Shown: positions 12,168 through 23,759 of the stretch, piece by piece | How the letters are laid out: the number at the start of each line of letters is the position of its first letter | How positions within the stretch are numbered: position 1 is the first letter of the stretch | NCBI GenBank assembly: GCA_008632985.1 | Contig: QPGO01000202.1 | Coordinates: forward strand, 62,001 to 126,000 | Direction: 5' to 3' | DNA from: Psammoneis japonica | Taxonomy: Eukaryota | DNA length: 64,000 nt | Notes under the pieces: generated by a model | Told to the model about the DNA's origin: nothing | The model's database searches: none | The model's input: only the letters and a program-made list of their open reading frames with translations | Position numbers and translations under genes: made by a program

Positions 12168-12360
12168 GCCTACTCTAGAGCTAGCTCTAGCTAGCTACTC
12201 TAGCTAGAGTAGCTAGAGAGTAGCTACTCTCTACTCAATACTCTAGCTACTAGTAGTAGTAGCTAGCTACTCTAGAGAGTAGAGCTTTTAGCACTAGAGA
12301 GTATACCGTAGGCCTGTAGGGCCTATGGTATGTACCTGCTCTAGCCACGGAAGCTAGCCG
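12168..12360. repeat. Low-complexity CTAG/AGCT/CTAC/TAG patch upstream of E(z)
   Basis: tactctagagctagctctagctagctactctagctagagtagctagagagtagctactctctactc...; very TpA-rich and self-complementary. Confidence 0.85.
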
Positions 12361-12497
12361 CCGGACCATTTTTTCATTTTTATGCCAGTTTCTGCGGTTT
12401 TCTGCTCTCTCTCAACCCCTCGCCCCGCCAACAGACACCACACACCACCACATCAATCAATCAACTCACAACAAGGCCCTGTCCCGTGCAATCGACA

Positions 12498-15035
12498 ATG
12501 CCGGACATTGGCGGCGGCGCATTCGAGTTGCACAGGCGTGCGAAACCGATCGTTGTCAAAGAAGATCAAAGCCAATTAGATTTGACTAACGACAAGCAGC
12601 GAATCACATATGTGAAGAAGGTGTTCAAGGAGGCACAGAAAAGTAAAACGCAACGAAGTTGTGGGAAACTAAAAGCAGCATTAGCTGAGTCTCGCGACAC
12701 TGCACTGGCAAAAGCTCGGCCACTGCAAGTGCCGAACCGTACAAGATTGTTCCCTAGATTGCCAAGCACCGCCGATGGTCCGGTTGAAGCAAATCTCTAC
12801 TGTCAAATCATTAGCAATGCCGAAGGCAAGAAGGAATCATTGGCGAGAGGAAATGAACGTGAAGATATAGCTACGAGTGCACCAGAAAGTGCTATGAAGG
12901 GTCGATCGACAGAAGTTCATAAGTCTAAGAAACATGCTACAAGTACCAATGAGTTGGACCCAAACAAATCAAACTCCAAGCCGGCATCAATTGATAATGA
13001 CGACGAGGAAAAGGGCTTAGTGTCGGTGCGAATACGAAACCACAAATACCGTGGATCTGAACTGTCAATGCCAGCGAATTATCTGGAAGGTGCCCATAAG
13101 CCGCATCCTCGGTCCAGTGCTACTGTTTTTCTTAAGACGAATTACGCTGCCGATGATGAGCAGAACTTGACCTACATACCTTACTTTGGGGATGACGACA
13201 ACGAAGATGTAGTATCCGATGTTTACAACTTAGACGAGAAAGTCAAGCAAGTGGAACTTGGACTAGCTCATGAAGAGATAGGTAGGAATGAGGCTATTGA
13301 CAAAACCATACGATTGCTAACCACACGTCTTGCTGATGATGGGAAGGAAGTATCTGATGTTGTGCTGGAGCTGATGTTCGAAGACTTGGCGGATTTATTT
13401 GATGTGGATGTGAAACGTATTTTTAAGAGATATGAAACACTTGATGAGGGCCCGGAGATCGATCACTCGCCCCCAAGCGAGACTAAAAACGTGGCGAGAC
13501 CAAAAATTAATTCCTCCACACATGTGCGGCTTCCTTATGAGGAAGTCATGGACTCGTATCGAAGTATCTTTTGTCGCCAATGCTTTACATACGATTGTAA
13601 CATGCATGGAAATCTTAATAAACCCGATGTAGGGCTACAGGGTGAACTCGCTGTTCGAAAACAGAGAGAAGGATTTTGGGAGACGAGTGTAAGCGCCTTT
13701 CAGCAGTTTATTCCATTTTGTTGCGTTGATAGTCTCACTTTTCGTTCGTTTCCCTCATGGCAATACAGGATGTTGATGTTCCAGACGCCACCGGCAATGA
13801 AATATTCGAAGCATATAGTACTGGAGATTCTTATCAAGACGGTGGACTTCAAAGTCGGTTCCGAAAACGCTCCTTTTCATCTATGGCGTCAGACGAACAA
13901 AGCAGCAGTCCTGATTCACCCGAGAAATGTTCTACGGAATTAACGGCTCTGCAGAAATCGATTTGTGACCGTGCATTTCTTATTTTTCAGAGTGATACTG
14001 AGAAAATGGCTGCGGCACTTGACGCGCCACACGATCTTGTTGTTGACTTCGTAGCTAGCGAGAAAATGTCTCTTGGAGATTTCCAATACGAATTACCGGA
14101 AAGCGGAGAAGACAGAAACAAAAAAGAAAAAAAGTCAATGAAGAACTACAACTTAGATTGGTTAAGGCGGGTGGAGGATGCAGAGATCCATCCAATGTTT
14201 CATCCTTGTGATCATTTCGGACCTTGTTCTGTGGAGAACTGTAGCTGTGTACGAAATCGGTTTTTCTGTACCAAGCATTGTGTTTGGGGTGAAAAGAGTC
14301 CGAATTTCTTTCGCGGTTGTTCGTGCAAGGGCGCCAAGACCTGTCGCACAAACTCGTGTGCTTGCTTTGCTGCGAAGCGGGAATGTGATCCGGATCTATG
14401 CCGAACTTGTGGGACATGCACGGATCCGCCCAATCGTCCCGCAACGACACAGAAGTGTCAAAACGACAGCATGGGTATGAGGCGACATTGCCATTTGCTG
14501 TTGGCCGAGTCCACCATTCCTGATGCTGGCTGGGGAATCTTCACGAAGACGGCACTGAAAAAAGGGGACTTTGTCCATGAATATGTAGGCGAAGTTATAT
14601 CCCAAGAAGAAGCAGAACGCAGGGGACGAATCTATGACAAGGTGAACCGTAGCTATTTGTTCAACTTGTGTTCAGACTTTGTCGTAGATGCATCGAGAAA
14701 GGGGAACAAGACACGATATGCCAATCACAGTTCTACACCGAATTGCTACACAAAGATGGTGCGTGTCAATGGGGACATTCGAATCGGTCTGTTTGCCAAA
14801 GAGGACATAGAGCCCCAGAGTGAGGTATGTTCTTATGCAAAAATGTGTTGCATCTCTGTATTCAATTACTCACCCCAGTGCATTTTGCGTGGATTTGCCT
14901 TAGCTGTTCTTTGATTATCGATATGATGTGGGAATGGACAATGATCTAATTATCAAGCCTTCCAAAACTGTTGACTGGATGGAAGACCCAAAGATGGCAA
15001 ATCAGATATCCAAAAAGAACAGAGCGGAAGAATGA
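12498..15035 (+). CDS. E(z): Enhancer of zeste (PRC2 H3K27 methyltransferase); exons 12498-13688, 13769-14824, 14904-15035
   Basis: 'LTYIPYFGD', 'FCRQCFTYDCNMHG', CXC domain, SET 'GWGIF...EYVGEVISQEEAERRGRIYD...NKTRYANHS'. ELFFDYRY is rebuilt across intron 14825-14903. Both introns are GT-AG and in frame. Confidence 0.95.
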
Positions 15036-15824
15036 AGGAGGGTTGAACATGGTTTGTTTGGAATGAAGGTTGGCTTTCCAGGTGTGACATGATGGCCAGC
15101 TGTGAAAGGGATTCAACCACTGAATGGTGTGCTTGCAATTGGTGTTGTAAATAAACTTGCTAGATGAGAACCTGGAGAAAACTCTTTTTTTGCATTCCCG
15201 CTGCACATTTCTGAGTCTTAAAATTTCGATCGATGACCCATGCACACAAACAGGAGAAGATGCCTTGTTCTTTTTGTCTCCGATGTGCACAATCTGTTGC
15301 TCATAGACCGATTAGACAGCTGCCATCTGGCGAGTGGCAATGCCCGTCTTCACAAGAGATGCTTGAGATTTGCAAAATGAGCCATTGTCAACCTCTGCGT
15401 GGCATCAAAGCGCAAGACCAACATCCTGAAGTCTCGTGAGGTCCTTTCAAGTGAGTTGCATCAACAGAGCTCATCTGTTCCTTCTGCAACTCACAATCAG
15501 TCACTTTGGCGGGCAAATGACAGTCAATAGACAACAACCATAGTTTGGTCCCCATGTCAGAGCACGCGTTTGCCGCTTGGGGGGTGGGATCTCAAAACGA
15601 ACGAACGGGATCCTGACGCTCCGTCGGTCCGCCCGTCCTACCTCTCGCAGAGTTTGACGAAGCACAGAAACCTGCTCCAAATAATAATTACCCTTCTAGA
15701 CAAAATAAAAAGATGCCACAGACAGACCCCCCAGCAAGAGAAAGTCGTGTCAAAAAATGAGAACCCCATCGCGCTGATCAGATGATGCGAACACAAAATC
15801 TTTTCTCAGTAAAAACGAAACACG

Positions 15825-16847
15825 ATGAAAGTCTTTCTCCTTCCTTTTCTTGTCGTCTCTGTCACGGCATTTGTCCCTTACCCTGTTTCCCATAGAGGGT
15901 TGGTTGCCTTGAAAGCAACAAAAGATGTCGCTAGCGAAGATCTAGACAGTGTTGCTCACAAACTAAGACTCCAAATTTATGACGACACTACTGGAGTTTA
16001 TGGTATGGAGTCCAAGGATCCTTTCTACGGAATTGAAAACGTTCACACCACGGTCCACTTGGAGCCATCGTTAGGCCTTGAGTTGACAGAGGTGGCTCAC
16101 TCGGACCTCGACCACCGTGGATTGGTGCTCGTATCAAAAGTTGAGGGCAATGCGCTCAAGGACACCCCTATTCACGTCGGTGACACCATTATTGGTGTCT
16201 TTGCTGGAGATGATTTCAAGGAAAGCACCACAGGCTTGGACTATGATGATACTGTGGATGTGATCAATAGCGCAAAACAGCACGCACTTGACCAAGGACA
16301 AGGCAGCATTTCGCTTGAGCTCAACCGGCTAGTAAAGAGAGCCACAGTTCACCTCGAAGTTGAAGACGATGGTGGGAAGGTGACAAAGCTCGATGCGCTA
16401 TCCGGCGACAATCTGCGACTCTTTCTTTTGCATAACCACTTGAATCTTTATGCTAAAGACACGCCTCGACTTGATCAACCTCACCTCACCGGAGATTGTG
16501 GCGGTAAGTAGGAAGACGACTGCTAGTACTTGTTCTGTGCTTTTCGGCGTCCTTGTCCCTACTGTCTGATTGTTTATTGAATCTTGCACCAACAACACGC
16601 TGTACGCATTTTACTCTGACTCATAGGCGAAGGAATTTGCGGAACGTGTTTGGTAGCTGTGCGCTATGGAATGGAACATCTCAACAAAGTAGGACCGCAA
16701 GAAGAAAGCATTCTCAAAAACCATCCTCGAACCTGGAGGGCTGCCTGTAAGACCGTCCTTGGCGCCAACAACGAGGAGGGTGCCGAAATTCGTGTTCGAC
16801 TCCACCCTCAGACTTCCGCCATGGAAGACGAGCTGCTCCACCCGTAA
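15825..16847 (+). CDS. Plastid-targeted PDZ-like plus 2Fe-2S ferredoxin domain protein; intron 16504-16626
   Basis: Signal peptide ending VTA-F (bipartite plastid motif). PDZ-like 'SLGLEL...IHVGDTIIGV'. Splicing gives CGGEGICGTC...RAAC. Confidence 0.85.
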
Positions 16848-17062
16848 TCCAATACACAACCAGTTAGGAACGGCCGAGCCCTGCTACTTACGCTTCATTT
16901 GGGGACACGCTTGCATATTCAACGAACCTACCAGGAATTAATTACCTACCCTTATGCTTCAAACAAAGAGACTTTCCATCTAGGGCCCCTAGTCGACTGA
17001 AACAGCTGGTCACTTGAAAGAGTTGCCATGGATGACTAGGGCTACTGCATTGAGTAGCTTAC

Positions 17063-17718
17063 TCAGCGAGGCCCGTATTGGCCAGGTGCACCATATCCGG
17101 ACCCAAAACCACCACCACCTCCTCTTCCCCCAAAACCGCCGCCCCCACCACGCCCACCTCCACGATCAAAGCCCCGACCACCGCGGCCTCCAAAGCCACG
17201 ACCGCGACCAAACCCACCTCTGCCACCGAATCCTCCTCTTCGTCGCTCCGTAGCCTTACGTAAAATAGCAGCAGCTTGACCAACGGCAGCGCCGACACCT
17301 TCAGGAGGTGCCCCGCCGTGCTTCCTCCAGTGTTTAATTCTTTAGGCGCAGTGTACGATGAGAAATCAGGTTGAGAGCACAACATGCTACGTCATACAAA
17401 AAGTGCACTTGCGAACGAATCAACCGTAGCAAAAATATTGACTCACCTTTGAAACATTGGAGCGTGCTTTAGCATATCTGGTAAAAGAATAAACACAATT
17501 TCGGTACCTCGAATATATACTTGGTTGACTTTGCGCTTTACACCGTTTGGGTCATGAATAACAGCATTTTTCACATATAAATTCATCATATCTTCGGCTT
17601 CGAATAGCAAGCCTCGTATCAATTCCCCCTTCTTCGTTTCAACAGTGATAACAGCGCCCTCGGCATCATGTAAAAGAACAATGGGAATCCCCACTCGATT
17701 GTTTCCGACAACAGACAT
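17063..17718 (-). CDS. SNRPD3: Sm D3 snRNP core protein; intron 17446-17340
   Basis: 'GIPIVLLHDAEGAVITVETKKGELIRG...EAEDMMN...YIRG...LPDMLKHAPMF' plus an RG/RGG-rich second exon. Confidence 0.92.
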
Positions 17719-18047
17719 GGTTCCAACACAGCCCCCGTTAGTTACCGCGGTTGTTGTGCGTTGTATTGTTGGTGGTTGGTCGGTTGCTGCGCGGCATGCG
17801 TCGTGTTGCGGCGGTACCGTCGGCCTGCTGCCGGCTGCCGGGCGGCGGTCGTACAGTAGCGCGCGAATGACATCGAGCGATGGCGATGACGCAGGACGAA
17901 CCAAACACAAAAACAGTGCACGCACACACGCACTGCATGCATGCACGCACATCACTCACTCTTTCAACTTTCAAACTTATTGTACAAGTCAAGAGCAGCA
18001 GTTTATTGAACGATAAACGCTTTAGATTGATTGTGAAAGTAAGAAAT

Positions 18048-18563
18048 ATGAAATATTCTATCTTCTTTGCCGTTCTAGCGATTTCGGGGTTGGTCGGATC
18101 CGCTAATGCGTTTGCCCACCCAAGTCCAAAGGTTAGCGTGACAGACATGGCGAAGACGTCAGATCACAATCCATCGAGCCGGCGCAAGGCTCTCCAGTCT
18201 ATCCTTGGTGGTGCTAGTGCCGCTTTCATTGCCAACGCAAACGCTCTTGATATGGATTCCTTTGTGAATTCCCAGGTACGTGTCTAGCAACGAAGAGTAG
18301 GAAAGTATGCCAGACAAATAATAATCACCTTTCTCAATGGCAGTACCGTATCTTTTTGTTTTCAGTTGGATTCCGATACCAAGAATTGTGATCCGAAACG
18401 CGATCCCAAGTGTGTCCCAAAGCTTTCAGCTGATGAAGCCATGTGCAAGTACGGACAAAGCGGAAGTGCCCGCGGCGAGGCGTGCAAGCGAGTCAAGGCA
18501 TCTGGAGGTGAAGTGCCAAAGGCCACCAAAGAAAAGAGTCTCGGTGGCGCCTATGCCATTTGA
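18048..18563 (+). CDS. Small putative thylakoid-lumen protein with 4 Cys; intron 18276-18365
   Basis: Signal peptide ANA-F, transit peptide, SRR twin-arginine, hydrophobic stretch and ANA cleavage site. Mature part contains CDPKRDPKC...CKYG...ACKR. Confidence 0.8.
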
Positions 18564-18636
18564 GTGTATGCTACTCTTTCTATTGAATGAAAATTGCCTC
18601 TAGTAACAATAAATATAGCAGTTATTAAACTTTGAT

Positions 18637-21600
18637 TTATTTCTTTGCTTGTGATGGTCGTCGTGGAGGCGGAACTTTCTTCTTCCGACTGAGAAACGGA
18701 AGAAGCGGTCGCTTCTCCTTCTTTGGTTGTGGGGGTTTCCGAAACGATGATGAGGACGGAGTGAAGAAGCCGTGAATACCAGTCCTTTTGGATATCGATT
18801 TCCGTATTTTGCGGAGAGGTACCTTTCGAGTGGTTTGACCCATAGGAGGCGGACGACTTTGTGGCACGTTTGATCGCATACCCATTTGACCCAGAGGAGG
18901 GGGTCGACGTTGCGGAGGCGTTTCACTCGCACCTGGTGGTGGTGGTGGGAGTTCCGGGGTTGCGGAATCCTGATGATGAGCTAGCTTTGGTTTTTCAGCA
19001 ACGCTTCCACTTTGGATTCTTTCTACAGGGGCGAGTGGCGCATTTCTTTCTTGCATGCTACTGGCAGGTGTCGACATTCTCTCTTGCACAACACTTTCTC
19101 CGTCGTCTGAGATATCTTCATCGTATTCTTCGCTCTCATCATCTCCGTCTTTCAAATTAGAATCCGACTTGTCCTGATTGAACGCGTCTGTTTCTGCACC
19201 AACCTCAAGCGGTTCAGGCGTCTGTTCTGCCCTCACTTGTTGGTATCCAGGATCGGACTTTTCCTTAATGAAAGCCTCTCCGTTTCCTGTATCAAAGAGA
19301 TTAGGCGGTGCGGGTGTCAGTGTCTCCACTTGTTGGTATTCAAGATCAGGCCTTCCCTCGATAGAGGCCTCTCCGTCGTCTCTTGCAGCAACGAGATCGG
19401 GCGGTGGGGTAGTCTGTGTATTCGCTTGTTGATATCCAGAACCGAATTTTCCCTCTACATGTCCTTCTCTATCACCTTCAGCACCAAGGTCGGCCGATAT
19501 GGGCGCTTGTGCATTCGCTTGTTGGTATTCAGCATCGGACTCTTCCTGAAGAGACACCTCTCCGCTGTCCCCATCAGCAACAAAATCCGGAGGTGAGGGC
19601 GTTTGTGTATCCAAGCGTTGATACCCAAGATCGACCTGTTTTCGAATAGCCGCCTCTCTTTCTCCTTCAGCACCAAGCTCAGGCGGTGCTGCGGTCCGTG
19701 TATTTGCTTGTTGGTATCCATCTGGGTTAAACTGCGGCTGAGGTGAAGCGACAGTGAAAGCATCTTTTTCCATCTCAATCGTAGTCTCTACGACAGCGCG
19801 CTCTGCTTCGAGTTCAGCGACTGTTCTTTCCATTTCTTCGAAATCAACAACTGCTTTTTCTCTTGCTTCGTTCGCCTCTTGCAATGAGGTACGCAGCTCC
19901 TGGACCTCGGCTTCCAGCTCTGCAACTCGAGTTTTCCATTCGTCTAACACCTCTCCCAATTCCTGAACATCGTCTTCCATAGAAGCTATGGACACTTGGA
20001 GCCTTTTCTCCTCGGTAAGCAAATCGTTTCTTTCCTGTTGAAGATTTAACATTTCTCGCTGTACTCTTGTCCGCTCGGTTGCCAAATCCTCTAGAAGCGC
20101 CTTCAATTCTTCTTGTTCTGCCGACATTCTCGTGAACTTCTCCTTCAGCTCGTCCCGCTCTTTGCTTGTCTGGATTGCAGATTCCTCTATTTTCCTGCAT
20201 TTCTCTTCACGGATTTCGATATCACGCCGAGCCATGGCGAAATCTCCAAGACGATCCTCCAATTTGTCCACATAGGTACCAATCACAGTCAAATTTGACT
20301 CTTTGTCGTTGAGAGCGCTCTGCTTCAGCGCGATTGCATGTTGTAGTTCAACAATCTCATTGTGGTGAGAAGTAATCAATTCATCGATCTCGGCCTTCAG
20401 CTCTTTTGATTCTATCCGAGACATGACAGCACAAGTTCAGGGCAAGGTTAGCGAATTCTATTTAACTGACGTATCGGGTATCGCAGATTTCGCTTACCTT
20501 CTCTGGCGCTCTTCAAATCGTTAATAAGCTTTTGTGTTTTTGGCGCCTCTTCCTTGATTTCCTTCTGAAGTTGTCGCAGCGCCGCTTTCAGCACAAGTTT
20601 GTCCTCTTCAAACACAGCCACGCGATCGTTTAGTTCATTGATCAAGGAATCACGAGATCGAACCACTTCGCTGATGGCAGAGTTGTTCTGTTGAAGTGCC
20701 GATACCGCTGCTTCAAGCTCATGGACATTATTTCGTTCAGTTTGAAGGGCGCGTAGCAAGGTAGACCTTGCCAACTCTTGCGCTTCCTCTAGATCATCCT
20801 CGTCGTCATAGCCCTTCGTGAAACCCCCGAAAAGCCAAGAAAAGAACCCCCGGCTCTTCTTTTTCTTTCGTTCAGCAACGTGCTTGTCATGTTCGTCTCG
20901 AAGCCTCAAGTTTTCCACCACGAGTGCTAATTCTTCGAGTTCCAAGGAACGAGTCTTCAGATTTTTTGTCGTCTTGCTAAGCTTCGATTCGATTCGTTCG
21001 TTTTCCTCTTGCAGCCCTTCGCATTGTTCCTTCCATTCATCTACTTCACCCTTGGCAATCGCTAAAGCACGCCCCAACTCCGTACAATTTGCTCGATATT
21101 CTAATGCAGCGTTCCGCTCGGATGACGCCCGAGCCTCGGCGTCCATGACTCGTTCCGTTAGCATGTCCACCTGTTCCATATGAGACGCTTCCTGGCTCTG
21201 CAGCGATCCAAATGCCACAGTTATATTGTTCATCTCCTGAAGAAGATCCTGTTCTCTGGCAAGAGAATCTTCTAACTCCTGGCGCAACTGTTGCACATAC
21301 TCTTGGGATTCCGGAGGTGAAAAGTACTGCGGAGGTTGCTGCTGTTGGATTCGCCACTGCTCATCAACTGCTGTTGGATCATATGGGGTTGCAGGGCCCC
21401 ATGCTCCTTCCATAGGAGGAGCTCCCCACGTTCCTGGTGGCGGCGGCATACCCGCAAACGGGCTGCCGCCGTATTGAACGTCAGGCCATATCGGCGGGGG
21501 TGGCGGTTCCGGTTGCTCGTGCTGCTGCTGCTCTCCCGTCATTTTATCATCATATTCTCCGTCCGATTCTGTATGGATTATTGAGCTTTCTTCGTGGATC

Positions 21601-22094
21601 TCGTGTGCTGGCTCTGGTTGAGAAGTTTCATGGTGTGATTCTGGTGGGGGAGGCACTTTTGCGCCATCTTTGTCGCTGTCCTTGGTTTTCTGCTGAGGTT
21701 CCTGAGGCCTTGGAGGCAGCGGTCGTCCTCCACTTCCACGTGACGTAGTTGGTTTTGGCGGTGGTGGAAGTGGGGGTCGTTCCACCATGAACTGTTGCCG
21801 TCTTGGCGGAGGTAGGCCCCTCGGGCCAACATTGCCTTGCTGACGAGGATCACCGGGAGGAAAAGGTGGAGGACGCTGTTGTTGCTTACTATTATTGTCT
21901 TGTTGTTGCTGCTTCTGTTGAGCTGCTTCTTCCTCTTTTTTGCTGAAGAAGCTTAAACCAGGTAGAATTGCGGCAGTCGTCGTAGCAGGCACGTTGATTC
22001 GTCGACACTCGGCTGACACCAAAATCAATGCCATCAAAAGATGAAACCGCAAAGGCCTCATCTTCTGGTCTCCTTTTTTTGAACAATTCATCAA
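18637..22094 (-). CDS. Large Pro-rich coiled-coil protein with putative signal peptide and internal repeats; intron 20497-20412
   Basis: Two long ORFs join in frame via GTAAGC...GCTAAC...TAG. Heptad-rich core and six ~31-aa repeats. The start may be 22061 (MRPLRFHLLMALILVSAEC). Confidence 0.8.
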
Positions 22095-23759
22095 GGAAAA
22101 ATACTACTTATGCCACAAGAAAACGACAAACGCATTCGATATGATGATCTTGTTTTGTATGAGATGATTTCTTGGCGTGTGGAGTTGCTAGGCTGCTAAA
22201 ACGGCGAAATCCACCGCTCGTCATGGCCGCCGCTGATGCTGTGCCGCGCACGCTAGACTACCGTATGGGCGCGAGGCGAGGCGCGAACTCTAAACCGATG
22301 CCCGCCACGTGTTGCATGCCGATGAAGTTACATAGTTACGCCCCACACGACCGACGGACAAGTCCATTCACGGTTTGGAAAGCGTAAGCGCGACCTCCAG
22401 TCGTGCTCAAGACCTTGTCCGTTGCGGACGGAACTTTTCAAATTTGAATTACCATGTACGACGGTCCGTTGAGCTAGCCGACCGCCGATTTTGCCATCCC
22501 TATCAAGGCTCACTGTGCTGAGCACATTCTAATGCCATCATTGATGCACAAAGTGGGATCAAGAGCACTCGTAACTCGTCTCAAACAAAGGAATTCAATG
22601 AAAAATGGGGTTTCGAGTGCGGCGCAAAACAACGGAGCTAGGATCAAAGGAACGAGCGACAGCGGGAGAGGAAACCAAAACCAAGGAAAAGAGATTGCGC
22701 CGCAGGAAGATTACTCCAACAGCAGCAAAGAAACTGGTCACCCCTGGCAAGACTAGAAGCAACCCTCGTGCATTGACGGCCAGTGCCTCATCCAAGCAAA
22801 ACTCTGTCAACGCAAAGGAAACCAGCGTTCCCGAGCAATTGTCGATTGGGGCTATTTCTTTCGTTCTAAATATTGGCAAGTGGATCGTGAAGTAAGGATA
22901 GAGAATCGGGTGGAACTTTTTGCTCTCTCCAAAATATGTTTTCGGCGGCGTTGGCAAATGTGGGTCGTTGGTTGTAGTTGCACCAGCCGTTCATTGCTTT
23001 GTTCGCATCGCATCCGATAACTTGATAGCTGCGTTTCATTTACAGTGCATATTAACACTTCTATGCAAGTGAAAACAGCATGTCTCTTGTTATGATTAAT
23101 AATATTCTTATTGTGGACGAACCACCACCGTGACAGACTATTGCCTGCAAGCCATCTGAGCGGTAAAAACGGTTCTCTCTAGTTTATTTGAAGTGTGGTG
23201 CGAATTAGATAAAGCAGTAATTTCGCGGATAGTACAGCAGCAGGTTATCTATTTAAGCGTCTTTGGTCACTCTCACGCCTTCACGAGAATCGACTCACAT
23301 AGAAGTAGGTCTAATCAACACTGTCGCAACCACGTGCCATGCCAGAAATTGACTATGTCGATGTTCTGTGTTGGATGCTCTGTTGGTACTGGTGTGTGCA
23401 ACACAGCTACTGGAGAATATATCACGGAAGTGAAATCAAGGGGAAGTCAGGGAAACAAAAGTGCTTTCAACAGCATGATAACTGAAAATTTGCTGCAGTC
23501 GAAATATGTAGTAATTAAGAAACAAAAAAAAGAGATCTCCTGATGCATGGATCTCTAGAGCGGAGTCGTCGCCAATCGCCGTTATCCCTGCATCTCCACG
23601 AGTGAAATGCGATGGTCCCAATCATGAATAAGGCGCGGGCTGAGATAACCTACCGGTACCGTGAAGCCGAACCTCAGTATGCCACTGGACAATCCACTTT
23701 TCTCCGTCAGAAAAGAATAACCGTGCAAATGAACGAACAAAAAAATGTGTGCTTCTCTT

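Noticed and set aside
12168..12360. CRISPR array or telomeric repeat
   Set aside because: No fixed-length repeat-spacer structure or constant repeat unit, and the context is eukaryotic.
22100..23750. Short ORFs such as 22605-22895 and 23193-23543
   Set aside because: No recognisable domain or convincing splice model; left uncalled.
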